DNA of 64,000 nucleotides, taken from NCBI GenBank assembly GCA_025458105.1, contig JALOTD010000007.1, positions 21,712 to 85,711 on the forward strand, read 5' to 3'. The stretch is from Tabrizicola sp. Lineage in GTDB: Bacteria; Pseudomonadota; Alphaproteobacteria; Rhodobacterales; Rhodobacteraceae. The position numbers were made by a program, and so were the translations under genes. Position 1 is the stretch's first letter; each line of letters begins with the position of its first letter. Shown here in pieces: positions 63,908 to 64,000 of this stretch. The notes under the pieces were generated by a model. The model was not told the DNA's origin and ran no database searches. It was given only the letters and a program-made list of their open reading frames with translations.

Positions 63908-64000
63908 TCAGAGATACAGCCGATAGTGCTCGAACCCGTTGCTGTCGGTTCCAAGATGTTCAGGCCGGAAAGAGGCAAGATCGTCAAGGTGTGCCTGCGA
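63908..64000 (-). CDS. 3' end of an unidentified gene (continues beyond window)
   Basis: The minus frame is open to the window edge and ends ..LGTDSNGFEHYRLYL-stop at 63908-63910. Confidence 0.4.
   Translation of the reverse strand, partial: SQAHLDDLASFRPEHLGTDSNGFEHYRLYL

Overview
High-GC (roughly mid-60s %) chromosomal segment that looks like a Rhodobacterales-type alphaproteobacterium. It is densely packed with housekeeping genes, and I call about 75 CDS. Recognisable genes include rsfS-rlmH, dapA, slt, argE, trxB, lrp, pgeF, lgt, ubiK, tsaB-rimI, nifU-like, hemF, clpS, folC-accD, and recR-ybaB-dnaX. There is also a BMP-type nucleoside ABC transporter and an eptA-dgkA pair. I found no transposase, integrase, prophage, CRISPR array, rRNA or tRNA.

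One RNA gene is clear: the small SRP RNA (ffs) on the minus strand at 61592-61691.

The best candidate for an undescribed system is an exported protease module at 9.9-14.6 kb. It consists of a signal-peptide-bearing caspase-fold (C14) protease translationally coupled to a chymotrypsin-fold (S1) zymogen. Next to these, on the opposite strand, are two paralogous secreted proteins with a PPC-like C-terminal domain.

Other points worth a second look:
- Two housekeeping genes (nth and a purine nucleoside phosphorylase) each carry an internal deletion plus frameshift.
- ffs is separated from dnaX by about 4.4 kb holding an amt gene, a lower-GC orphan Hanks-type kinase and decayed DNA.
- A roughly 750-bp stretch at 49.1-49.9 kb has no credible gene.
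- Three small intergenic repeat or palindrome families sit between convergent genes.
- A proline-racemase-family protein has both catalytic Cys positions substituted.

All family calls come from reading the translations and from remembered motifs. No searches were run. Start codons are less certain than stop codons. The many long antisense ORFs in the track are high-GC shadow ORFs.
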